DNA of 64,000 bases from Planctomycetaceae bacterium (GTDB lineage Bacteria; Planctomycetota; Phycisphaerae; Phycisphaerales; UBA5793), in the NCBI GenBank assembly GCA_040255465.1, contig JBDZVA010000003.1:621174-685173 (forward strand), given 5' to 3'. Positions 8,161 through 18,248 of this stretch are shown here, one piece after another. The notes beneath the pieces were generated by a model. The model worked only from the letters and a program-made list of their open reading frames with translations. It had not been told where the DNA came from and made no database searches. Every line of letters begins with the position of its first letter. The first letter of the stretch is position 1. A program made the position numbers and the translations under genes.

Positions 8161-8285
8161 GAGCAGTGATTCTAGCGCGATGCGAACTTGGCCCTGTTTG
8201 ATTCCGATGTGGCGGCAGCGCGGCTTGGCGCGCTATCGTGTCGCGCGACTTGACACCCACTTTCGGCCCTGCAATGGAGGACCGC

Positions 8286-8750
8286 ATGTCTGTCTACAAA
8301 CGTCTGGCTGAACTCGGCCTTGAACTGCCGCCGGCGCCCAAGCCCGTGGCGGCGTACATCCCGTGGGTTCGCACGGGGAATCTGGTGTACACCAGCGGGC
8401 AGGTGCCCCTCGTGAACGGCAAGGCGCTGTGCGTGGGTGTCGTGCCAACCGAGGTGCCGCCGGACAAGGCGCAGGCGGCGGCGAGGCTGTGTGCGCTGAA
8501 CATGCTGGCGGTGCTGCACGCGGCGACGGATGAGGATCTGGACCGGGTGACCCGGGTTGTTCGGCTGGGGGTCTTTGTCGCGTCGAGCCCGGAGTTTGGC
8601 GGGCAGCCCCAGGTGGCCAACGGGGCGAGCGAGCTGATGGTGGCGGTGTTCGGCGAGGCAATCGGGCGGCATGCCCGGTCGGCGGTGGGGTGCAGCAGTC
8701 TGCCGCTGAATGTGCCCGTGGAACTGGAAGGCGTTTTTGAGATTCGGTGA
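8286..8750 (+). CDS. RidA/YjgF-family protein
   Basis: MSVYKRLAELGLELPPAPKPVAAYIPWVRTGNLVYTSGQVP... and C-terminal SAVGCSSLPLNVPVELEGVFEI fit the YjgF/RidA fold family. Start at ATG 8286 sits after GGAGGA. Confidence 0.75.
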   Translation: MSVYKRLAELGLELPPAPKPVAAYIPWVRTGNLVYTSGQVPLVNGKALCVGVVPTEVPPDKAQAAARLCALNMLAVLHAATDEDLDRVTRVVRLGVFVASSPEFGGQPQVANGASELMVAVFGEAIGRHARSAVGCSSLPLNVPVELEGVFEIR

Positions 8751-8898
8751 GGCCGCCAAGGGGCTTTGCTGAATTGCCCGAATCGACGTTGCCAGCGCCG
8801 CACAGGCGTTTACAATGGCGCGACCCTGAACGAACCGGCCGCGGCTCAGTCTGTCCGAGGCCACTCCCAGAGCCCATGAACCGCGGAGAGAGCATCCC

Positions 8899-9234
8899 AT
8901 GACTCATATCGTCGCCGAGCCCTGCATCAAGTGCAAGTACACCGACTGCGTCGACGTCTGCCCCGTTGACTGCTTCCACGAAGGGGCGAACTTCCTCGTG
9001 ATCGATCCGGATGTGTGCATCGACTGCGGCCTGTGCGTGCCTGAGTGTCCGACGCAGGCGATCTTCCCGGAAGAAGACCTGCCCGAGAAGTGGGCGGAGT
9101 ACGTGGAGATCAACGCGCGGCTGACGCCGGACTGGCCGGAGATCACCGCCAAGAAGGATCCGCTGCCCGAGGCGGAAGAGTACAAGAACGTCGAGAGCAA
9201 GCGCAGCATGCTCGATGAGAGCGCCGGCGGCTGA
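8899..9234 (+). CDS. fdxA: 7Fe ferredoxin (Azotobacter FdxA type)
   Basis: [17 protein letters not shown]... and [12 protein letters not shown] cluster motifs; 111 aa. Confidence 0.9.
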   Translation: MTHIVAEPCIKCKYTDCVDVCPVDCFHEGANFLVIDPDVCIDCGLCVPECPTQAIFPEEDLPEKWAEYVEINARLTPDWPEITAKKDPLPEAEEYKNVESKRSMLDESAGG

Positions 9235-9266
9235 GTCGGGCGAGATTGATTGAGGCATATCAAGCA

Positions 9267-9306
9267 CGAAGCCCATGTTCAATGAACATGGGCTTCGGAC
9301 GTTTTC
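9267..9306. terminator. Bidirectional hairpin terminator between convergent fdxA and gap
   Basis: Perfect 14-bp stem cgaagcccatgttc / gaacatgggcttcg with a 3-nt loop (9267-9297), followed by gacgttttcg. Confidence 0.65.
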
Positions 9307-9336
9307 GCTGTCGTGTCAATCGAAGACCATCGGCGC

Positions 9337-10566
<1,230 letters not shown>

Positions 10567-10573
10567 TCAGGCC

Positions 10574-11794
10574 ATGCAACTTTCCGCGCGAGTCAACCGG
10601 CTCAAGCCCTCGAGCACCCTGGCCGTCAGCGCCCTGGCCAAGGAGATGACCCAGCGCGGCATCGACGTGATCGGCTTCGGGGCCGGCGAGCCGGATTTCA
10701 CCACCCCTGCTCACATCCGCGACACAGCCAAACACGCTCTGGACCAGGGTTTGACGCACTATTCGCCCGTGCCCGGCGAGCCGGCGGCCCGAGCGGCGGT
10801 GGCGCGCAAACTCATCCGCGACAACCACCTCGGGCATATGACGGCTGAGAACGTCATTATCTCGGCGGGGGGAAAGCACTCGTTTTACCTGCTTACCCAT
10901 GCGCTCTTTGACCCCGCGTGCGGTCTGGAGATGATCCTGCCCACGCCCGCCTGGGTCAGTTACCGGCCGATTGCTGAGATGGCCGGAGCGACGGTGGTCG
11001 AAGTTCGCACGGGCGTCGAGGACGACTTCAAGATGACGCCGGCCCAGCTCAAGGCCGCGCTCACGCCGCGCACGCGTCTGCTGCTCATCAACTCGCCGAG
11101 CAATCCGTGCGGCACGATGTACTCGCCTGAGGAACTCAAGGCGCTGGCGGCGGTGATTACCGAGCACAACGCGGCGGGCGGACAGGTCGTCGTCGCCGGG
11201 GACGACATCTACGAGAAGATCGTCTACGCCGAGCCGGCCTTCGCCACGATCGGGCAGTTTCTCGATCCGAAGTGGTCCGTGACGCTCAACGGGTTGAGCA
11301 AGGCGTACGCCATGACGGGGTGGCGCATCGGCTACGCGGCGGGCCCGGTCGACCTGGTGAAGGCGATGACCAAACTGCAGGGACAGATGATCACGTGCAT
11401 CGCCGCGTTCTGCTTTCCGGCGATCGTCGAAGCGCTGGAAAACGGGGAGACGGATGTCGCCGAGATGAAAGAGCATTACCGGCGACGGGCGGCGCTCATG
11501 CATCAGCACGTGAGCAGCTGGCCCGGCGTGCGCTGCCCGAAGCCGACGGGCGCGTTCTACCTCTTCCCGGATATTTCAGCGTGGTTCGGCCGGACAACGA
11601 CTGCGGGAACGACACTGCGGACGAGCCTCGACGTCGCGACGGCATTGATCAACGAAGCCCATGTTGCGGTCGTGCCCGGCGACGAGTTCGGCGGCTGCGG
11701 GCCGAATCACATCCGGCTGAGTTTCGCGTGCTCGACGCAGCAGATCGAAGAAGGCATGAAGCGGATGGGCGCGTTCGTCGGCGCGTTGAGTTGA
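10574..11794 (+). CDS. Class I/II pyridoxal-phosphate aminotransferase (aspartate aminotransferase-like)
   Basis: MQLSARVNRLKPSSTLAVSALAKEM...GEPDFTTP...NSPSNPCG...LNGLSKAYAMTGWRIGY, with the PLP lysine in the SKAY motif. Confidence 0.85.
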   Translation: MQLSARVNRLKPSSTLAVSALAKEMTQRGIDVIGFGAGEPDFTTPAHIRDTAKHALDQGLTHYSPVPGEPAARAAVARKLIRDNHLGHMTAENVIISAGGKHSFYLLTHALFDPACGLEMILPTPAWVSYRPIAEMAGATVVEVRTGVEDDFKMTPAQLKAALTPRTRLLLINSPSNPCGTMYSPEELKALAAVITEHNAAGGQVVVAGDDIYEKIVYAEPAFATIGQFLDPKWSVTLNGLSKAYAMTGWRIGYAAGPVDLVKAMTKLQGQMITCIAAFCFPAIVEALENGETDVAEMKEHYRRRAALMHQHVSSWPGVRCPKPTGAFYLFPDISAWFGRTTTAGTTLRTSLDVATALINEAHVAVVPGDEFGGCGPNHIRLSFACSTQQIEEGMKRMGAFVGALS

Positions 11795-11929
11795 GAACCG
11801 CACGACCTGCCGGCCATTTGTTGCGCCCCTCGACGCCATGCCTGCGTCCTGTCTTGTAGACTGTGCTCGTTGGACCTCGCTCCTGCCGGGGCCGACCTGT
11901 TGCGTCTGGTTGGCGGAAAGGAGGAATCC

Positions 11930-12520
11930 GTGAAGAAGTGGCTGCTGCTCAGTGTCGGCATCGTGATTCTGATGGCGATCGCGGTGGTGCTGGTCGTGCG
12001 GGCGTTCATCCCCACACCGATTCCCGAAGTCCCCACCATCGCCGACTGCCCGCTGGCGATCCACATCAACGAAATCGACCTGTCGACATCGGGGCTGATT
12101 CTGGTGAGCCTCGACAACCTGACGCGCGAGGACATCTCGATTGATGTCTCAGCGTTCGGCGCCGCGGTTTCGAAGTCGCTGCGTTTGTTTGACCCGACGG
12201 GCAATGAATGGAAATGGGTCGACTCGAAAGGCCGCACCGGCGACCCGGTGAGCGCGGACAATGCGTGGCAATGGTCCGGCCGCTGGGGACAGGCTGGGCG
12301 GATCACCATCGAGGCAGGCCGCACGGAAAACTTCACCCTCATGGTCAACCCGGATTACGGCCTGACCGCAGTCGAATGGATGGCGCGGATGCGCGGCGCT
12401 CCGGACCGGCTGCTGTACGTGATCGACTGCCGCGTCTCGACCGGCGCCTCCTCTGCCGACTCGCCTGACGCGATCCGCGTCACCGCCAGCGGCGAGGCTG
12501 CGTACAAGCCGCGACCGTAG
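11930..12520 (+). CDS. Hypothetical single-pass membrane protein
   Basis: GTG at 11930 follows AAAGGAGGAATCC. N-terminal TM is KKWLLLSVGIVILMAIAVVLVV. I recognise no family. Confidence 0.5.
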   Translation: MKKWLLLSVGIVILMAIAVVLVVRAFIPTPIPEVPTIADCPLAIHINEIDLSTSGLILVSLDNLTREDISIDVSAFGAAVSKSLRLFDPTGNEWKWVDSKGRTGDPVSADNAWQWSGRWGQAGRITIEAGRTENFTLMVNPDYGLTAVEWMARMRGAPDRLLYVIDCRVSTGASSADSPDAIRVTASGEAAYKPRP

Positions 12521-12586
12521 GTCGGCGGGACTGGATTCTCCGATGCCGCGATCTCTGCCGTTGCCCGGCACCGCCTATGATGGGGC

Positions 12587-13694
12587 ATGCATTTTGACTC
12601 GCACCAATCCATCATCGACGACCTCGAGGCGCGGATTTTAACGATCCGCGACTCTCTTTGACGTCGACTCCAAACTCAAGCGCATCGGTGAACTCGAAGC
12701 CATCATGGGCGGCGGGGACTTCTGGTCCAGCCAGACGGCGGCGCAGAAAACCGTAGCCGAACTCAAGGTTCTCAAAGCCCAGATTGACCCGATGCTCCGG
12801 GTCCAGCACGACTTCGACGAAGCCCGTGTCACCTATGAGCTGGCCCGCGAAGCCGAGGACAAGGAACTGCTCGCGGAGGCGGACGAGTCGCTGTTCAGCC
12901 TCCAGCAGCGGATGGACAAGGTCGAGTTGCAGTCGCTCCTGTCGGGGCCGCACGACCACCGCAACTGCTTTTTCACGATCCACGCCGGCGACGGAGGCAC
13001 GGAGGCCAACGACTGGTCCGAAATGCTCATGCGTATGTACATCTACTACTTTGAGCAGATGGGCTGGAAGGTGGAAGAACTCGAGAAGAGCTACGGCACG
13101 GAAGTCGGCATTGACTCGGTCACGTTCCACGTCAAGGGCCCGTTCGCCTTCGGCTATCTCAAGTGCGAGCGGGGAGCCCACCGGCTGGCGCGGGTCTCGC
13201 CCTTCAACGCCCAGGGTAAGCGGCAGACGAGTTTCGCCACCGTGGATGTGACACCCGAGATCGAGGAAGTCGATCTGCACATCCCCGACAATGAACTGGA
13301 GATCACCACCTTTGCCCGGTCGAGCGGCCCGGGCGGGCAGAACGTCAACAAGGTGGCGTCAGCGGTGCGGATTGTCCATAAGCCGACCGGGATCATGGTC
13401 GTGGCGTCGTCGTACCGCGAGCAGCCGCAGAACCGGCGCCAGGCGATGGAGCAGCTCACGGCCAAGCTCCAGCAGATCGCCGACGAGAAGCGGGAGCAGG
13501 AACTGGCGGCCGCATCGGGCGGCAAGGTCGACCGCGGCTGGGGCACGCAGATCCGCTCGTACGTGATCTACGACAACCGGGTGAAGGACCATCGCACGGG
13601 CTACGAGGTGATGAACCCGCAGCGGGTGCTCGACGGCGACCTGCAGGGGTTCATTGACGCGGAACTCCAGCGGCGGCGTGCCGCGCAGAATTGA
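12587..13694 (+). CDS. prfB: Peptide chain release factor 2, with programmed +1 frameshift
   Basis: Frame 0 reads MHFDSHQSIIDDLEARILTIRDSL then TGA at 12659-12661. The slippery context is CTT TGA C. The +1 frame from 12660 continues DVDSKLKRIGELEAIMGGGDFW... into ORF 12705..13694, which carries the SPF and GGQ motifs (RVSPFNAQ, SGPGGQNVNK). Confidence 0.9.
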
Positions 13695-13867
13695 GCGGGA
13701 CGAGAGACGCGATCACGCGCTTTCTGACCCGCGCCCCGGGAGTCCGCAGGTCGGCTGAAACCCGAGCGGACCACTCGCACAGAGCGCCTCGACCGACGTT
13801 TTGTGACCACGATCCGGAATCATTTCAACAGAAATTCCAGAAAACCGGAAATAAAGCCAAAAACAAC

Positions 13868-13895
13868 TTGCAAGTTACGCTGCATCCAGTAATAT
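13868..13895 (+). promoter_or_regulatory. Sigma70-like promoter TTGCAA-N16-TAATAT with A-rich upstream tract
   Basis: ttgcaa (13868-13873), 16-nt spacer, taatat (13890-13895). It is preceded by aaataaagccaaaaacaac and lies ~290 nt upstream of the 14183 start, so a long leader is implied. Confidence 0.4.
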
Positions 13896-14182
13896 AAGGC
13901 GCATGGACGTAGCGAACTCACGCTCGCTGCGCCGCCATCGAAGGGGGTCTTTGCTGGTCTTCTGAGCCACGATTTTCTGCGTCGCATTCTGATTCAGAAT
14001 CGATGAACCGCGGAGGCTTTGCTTCGCGCCTGGTGTGGTTTCGGTTTAGACATCCCCCTGTCGTTCTCTTGGCGCCTTCGTCGAAAGACCAAGGTCTGCC
14101 GTTGCCTCGATCCGGATCAATCCTCAGTCACGGTGTTCGTGCCTGATCCGGCAAGTCGCCTGGCAGAAAAAGGAGAATGACG

Positions 14183-15184
14183 ATGAAGAAGCAGAGACTG
14201 ATCGGAGCCGCACTCGTGCTGGCCGCGGCCCCCGCGTTTGGACAAACGTACGACAATGGAGGCATGGGAGAGCTGCCCGGCGGGTGCGGCGGCGGAATGT
14301 ACAGCGCGATCGAAGCGCCGAGCTCGATCTACGGCAACAACACGATCGTGACCTCTTTCCACCAGGCCGACGACTTCAACGTTCCCAACGGCCAGGTGTG
14401 GACTCCCGTTGAACTGACCTGGTACCTCTACCAGACCAACGCGCCCACGAATGACCCGATCGTCAATGTCTACATCCAGATCTGGCGCGGTTCGCAGGCC
14501 GACATGATCGCCGGCACCGCCACGCTGCTCGGCGGCGACATGACGACCAATCGTCTCACGTCATCCACGTTCTCCAACATCTACCGGACCACCGCAGCCG
14601 ACATCACGAACTGCGCCCGGGCGGTCAAGGAAAACAAGATCGACATGAGCTGGGTCGGCGCACTTCCCACCGGTCAGTACTGGATCGAAGTCGGCAGCAC
14701 CGGCAACCCGGGCTTCAGCGGCCCCTGGGCCAACCACAAGGTGCCTCGTGACGGCACCGAGAACTCCATCTTCTTCACCGTTGGTGGCGCGTGGGCTGAA
14801 AACGTCAACACCGATCTCGTGACGAAGTGGGACTATCCCTTCAAGCTTCGTTACACCTCCGGTGGCGGCGGCTACACGCTCAACATCACCGGCACCTGCC
14901 CCGGCCAGATCCGTCTGACCTGGAGCGGCGCTCAGCCCAACAAGCAGCAGGCGGTCGTCTTCGCCCGCAACACCGGTTCCTTCGTGATCCCGGGCGGCCC
15001 GTGCGCGGGTACTCAGCTCGGCCTCGGAACGAACCAACTCCAGCTGTACACGACCATCGGCACCGGCAGCGGTTCCGGCGGCGTGAACGCGACGGTCAAC
15101 AGCGGCGCCTGCCGCGGTTACGTCCAGCTCGTGACGGTCGCTGGCTCTCCCTGCGCGACGAGCAACGTCAAGCAGGTTCCGTAA
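14183..15184 (+). CDS. Secreted protein with conserved Cys-containing C-terminal domain
   Basis: Signal peptide MKKQRLIGAALVLAAAPAFGQ. The C-terminal ~105 aa are homologous to the next gene (TGTCPGQIRLTWSGAQPNKQQAVVFA...GPCAGTQLGLG...GACRGYVQLVT...CATSNVKQVP). ATG 14183 is preferred over 14177 because of AGGAG spacing. Confidence 0.7.
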   Translation: MKKQRLIGAALVLAAAPAFGQTYDNGGMGELPGGCGGGMYSAIEAPSSIYGNNTIVTSFHQADDFNVPNGQVWTPVELTWYLYQTNAPTNDPIVNVYIQIWRGSQADMIAGTATLLGGDMTTNRLTSSTFSNIYRTTAADITNCARAVKENKIDMSWVGALPTGQYWIEVGSTGNPGFSGPWANHKVPRDGTENSIFFTVGGAWAENVNTDLVTKWDYPFKLRYTSGGGGYTLNITGTCPGQIRLTWSGAQPNKQQAVVFARNTGSFVIPGGPCAGTQLGLGTNQLQLYTTIGTGSGSGGVNATVNSGACRGYVQLVTVAGSPCATSNVKQVP

Positions 15185-15226
15185 TCGGATCTGTCTCGAT
15201 CTGATCGATCTCAACTGAGATCCTGG

Positions 15227-15257
15227 CCTCGCCCCCGAATGGGGGCGAGGTTTTTTT
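15227..15257 (+). terminator. Rho-independent terminator
   Basis: cctcgccccc gaat gggggcgagg followed by ttttttt. Confidence 0.85.
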
Positions 15258-15355
15258 CTCTCGGGAGAAAGAACAATCCAACAGCACGCGGGAAAAGATG
15301 CCTCAAACAAGCGCCCCCCGCGAAAAGAAACCTGTCGATTCCTCGGGGTTTTCCG

Positions 15356-15383
15356 TTGCGAGTGCCGTGAGTTCCGGTATATT
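15356..15383 (+). promoter_or_regulatory. Sigma70-like promoter TTGCGA-N16-TATATT
   Basis: ttgcga (15356-15361), 16-nt spacer, tatatt (15378-15383), ~150 nt upstream of the 15533 start. Confidence 0.4.
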
Positions 15384-15532
15384 GAGAACGTGGTCTGAAG
15401 GCGGGTGGGCGGTGGTGACCCCAGGTGTGCAAGCGGTCTCAGCGCGGATCGCCTTCAGAGCGTGTGGCGGAACTCCGGAAGCGTTCCGGACCGTCGTGGG
15501 CTTCGAAAAACGCAAGGAAAGGAAGAAACGTG

Positions 15533-16414
15533 ATGAGAAAGACACTTGGACTGGCTGCGGCACTGGGATTGTGCGTGGCGGCGACCGGCGCCTCAGGCGA
15601 TGTCCTGGACGCCAACCCCACCGCCAACAACGGCGGATCGTCGGGATGGGGGCTCTACTTTGACCTCACTTCCAACGGGCCGGGGCTGGCTGTCACCCAC
15701 ATGACCACGGCGAACAACGGCACCGCCTTCTCCTCATTCTCCGTCGAGATCTTCGTCCGATCCGGCAGTGGGCTGGGCAACCCGGGACCCGGCCAGTCGA
15801 TGGACGGGTGGACGTCGCTGGGTACGGCGCCGGCCACGCAGGGCCCGGAGAACAGCGGCATCTCGGACCTGATCGACATTCCTGACATCGCCGTCGGCCC
15901 GGGCGAAACCGTTGGCGTTGCCGTGCTCTTCTCCACCAATGGTCCGCGCTATTTCGGCACGGGTTCACCGCCGCTGCAGGTGTTCGAGGATGCCAACCTG
16001 AAGTTGACCACCGGGGATTCGCGCTCGGCTCCGTTCACGAGCGGCGGCAGTTTCTTCTCGTCGCGCGGCCTGGTGGGATCACTCACCTACGAAGCCGGCG
16101 GGTATCGCTGCTCGGTCACCGGCGAGTGCCCGGGTACCCTGAACGTCGCATGGGCCGGCGCGCAGCCCAACCGGCAGCAGGCGATCGTCTTCGCCGCCAG
16201 CCGGGGCAGCCTGATCGTTCCCAGCGGCCCGTGCCAGGGAACGCAACTGGGTCTGAGTGCCCAGGGCATTCGCATCGTCAGCACCATCGGAACCGGCGGC
16301 AACGGCACGGGCAATGTCAACGGCAGAGCCGGCACCGGCGCCTGCGGAGGATTCATCCAGCTCGTCACGATCAGCAACCCGTGCGAAGCCAGCAACGTGG
16401 GTCAAATCCCGTAA
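15533..16414 (+). CDS. Secreted protein, paralogous C-terminal domain to 14183..15184
   Basis: Signal peptide MRKTLGLAAALGLCVAATGASG after AAGGAAAGGAAG. C-terminus TGECPGTLNVAWAGAQPNRQQAIVFA...GPCQGTQLGLS...GACGGFIQLVT...CEASNVGQIP. The N-terminal domain is unrelated to the neighbour. Confidence 0.7.
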   Translation: MRKTLGLAAALGLCVAATGASGDVLDANPTANNGGSSGWGLYFDLTSNGPGLAVTHMTTANNGTAFSSFSVEIFVRSGSGLGNPGPGQSMDGWTSLGTAPATQGPENSGISDLIDIPDIAVGPGETVGVAVLFSTNGPRYFGTGSPPLQVFEDANLKLTTGDSRSAPFTSGGSFFSSRGLVGSLTYEAGGYRCSVTGECPGTLNVAWAGAQPNRQQAIVFAASRGSLIVPSGPCQGTQLGLSAQGIRIVSTIGTGGNGTGNVNGRAGTGACGGFIQLVTISNPCEASNVGQIP

Positions 16415-16460
16415 CGCGGCTCTGCAAGTTCGATTGATCGATCTCCAGTGAGATCAAGCG

Positions 16461-16490
16461 CCTCGCCCTCGAATGGGGGCGAGGTTTTTT
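16461..16490 (+). terminator. Rho-independent terminator (near-identical copy of 15227-15257)
   Basis: cctcgccctc gaat gggggcgagg followed by tttttt. The preceding gatcgatctccagtgagatc mirrors gatcgatctcaactgagatc at 15203-15222. Confidence 0.85.
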
Positions 16491-16688
16491 CATGCGTGAG
16501 CGGCGGGGCGCGGGTCCGCAGGTTTTGCGCTGCAAGAACCCGAACAAAATCGGGGTCAAAGACGCGAATTCACTTGGCGTGGGCCCGTTCGTCGGTATGC
16601 TTTGGCAAAGGTGCGATGGGCTTGCGGGCTGGTGGGAACATGCTCGCGGGCCACGTCAACGGTGCAAAGGGGCAGGAGGTCCCGAACT

Positions 16689-16910
16689 ATGCTGGTCATC
16701 ACTCGACGCGAGGGCGAAGAGGTCGTCATTGGCGATCCTCGTAATCCGCAGGGAATTGTGCGAATTGCCGGCATCAAGGGCGACCGCGTGCGGATCGCTT
16801 TTGAGTTTCCGCGCGAGGTGCAGGTGCACCGCCGCGAGGTCGCCGACCAGATCAAGGCCGAGGACGATCCGGCCGTGGTGGGCAAGATCGGCCGCGCCGC
16901 CGGCTCCTGA
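16689..16910 (+). CDS. csrA: Carbon storage regulator CsrA
   Basis: MLVITRREGEEVVIGDPRNPQGIVRIAGIKGDRVRIAFEFPREVQVHRREV matches the CsrA fold pattern. AGGAGG lies 8 nt upstream of ATG 16689. Confidence 0.85.
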   Translation: MLVITRREGEEVVIGDPRNPQGIVRIAGIKGDRVRIAFEFPREVQVHRREVADQIKAEDDPAVVGKIGRAAGS

Positions 16911-17124
16911 TCGAGCCGTATCGCCACCCACTTATCCACATTTCCACCGGCCATCCCCTGATTGCAACGGGGAAGGCACTCCGTTTTTTTGCGGTCTGCG
17001 GTGATTTTGGGCCGGACCGACAATTTACCAAACAAAATTCAGAAATCCGCTGGACGCATGCCGAAAATCGGTCATGATTAGATACCGAACAGACACCAAC
17101 TACTGTTCGGCAGGAGTGTCCAGC

Positions 17125-17676
17125 ATGATTACCCTCTCTCGAATCGAACGCACCGCACTGGCCCAAGGCTGGCATCGGCTGCTCGATGATGTGCTCAGCA
17201 ATGGTCGGCCCGTCGATCTGCCCATCCGGCTGCGACTGACGAACGCGGACACGCTGCACGTCGTCTCGGCGGGCTTCGCGTTGCAGCGCGTGTGCGAGTT
17301 GTCGTATGCCGTGTGCCCGCTGGCGCAGGCGCTGTGTGATGATCTCCTGCACGCCCAGTGTGACGATGGATCGTTCGGCTCGGTCGCCGCCACGGCGGTC
17401 GTCACGCGAGCCCTGCTCGACCTGCGGCACATGCCCGGCAGCGAATCGATGGCTCAACGACTCGACTTTGCGATCGACCATGCACTGCATGCGCTGGCGA
17501 TGAGCCAGGATGATGACGGCCTGCTGGGAGGCTGCGAGATCGACTCGGCGATTGCGCTGTGGCAACTGGCCGGCCGCGCGGAGTTTGATGCGGCTTTGCG
17601 CGTTGAAGAACTGGAGGACGTGTTGAACGTGTCGCGCTGGCAGTGCCTCGCGGCGCGGGCGGCTGTGGCGGCGTGA
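17125..17676 (+). CDS. Hypothetical protein
   Basis: ATG 17125 follows AGGAG. 183 aa with DGSFG / DDGLLGG motifs loosely reminiscent of alpha-alpha toroid (prenyltransferase-like) repeats. No confident family call. Confidence 0.45.
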   Translation: MITLSRIERTALAQGWHRLLDDVLSNGRPVDLPIRLRLTNADTLHVVSAGFALQRVCELSYAVCPLAQALCDDLLHAQCDDGSFGSVAATAVVTRALLDLRHMPGSESMAQRLDFAIDHALHALAMSQDDDGLLGGCEIDSAIALWQLAGRAEFDAALRVEELEDVLNVSRWQCLAARAAVAA

Positions 17677-18248
17677 AGGAAGACTTGAACTCGCGGCGCG
17701 AGTCCCCCACCACCGATAACTCACCATCCACGGAAGGACGGACAGAAATGCGACGGATCGAACCACAACGACCGATGACGGGTTGGCGACGAATGGACGG
17801 CCGGACCTGGAGAGGCACAAGGCGCGCGGAGGGATCGATGAGCAGGGATGAGAGAGCCGGAGAAGATCGACGACCATTCGCGCGTCACGAGACGGCCGGA
17901 CCCGGCGGAGCAACCGGCCGCGACCAGCGCGACGACCAGCCGCAGCGCAAGCACGCCCAGATGGTGTTCATCACGCCCATGGGCATCCCGATCGGCCCGT
18001 CGATCCAGGAAGAACTGAACGTCCCCGACGATCTCGACGACACACTGCCGCCGGGCGATTTTCCGGGGCAGTTGCTGCTGGATCTGGGGTTGAGGTGAGG
18101 CGAAGCGGCTCGCGCTGCAGGCAGCGGCGCATCGGGTGATTTGGGTCTGATCAGTTCGCCCGGTGCACCGATTCTTCGCAACCAGCTAATCAAACGGCAC
18201 GAATACGCCTGCGGGTGGCGATAGGGTTCCTCGTGTTGGAGGATCGCG

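Noticed and set aside
12612-13280. Minus-strand ORF of 222 aa.
   Set aside because: It is antisense to prfB, which has unambiguous RF2 motifs (SPF, GGQ).
17643-18098. Plus-strand ORF of 151 aa between the 17125 gene and the 18249 gene.
   Set aside because: Most of it is Arg/Gly/Asp-rich with poor third-position GC. Only the last ~45 codons (from ATG 17961, MVFITPMGIPIGPSIQEELNVPDD...) look coding. This is too weak to annotate, but a small protein cannot be excluded.
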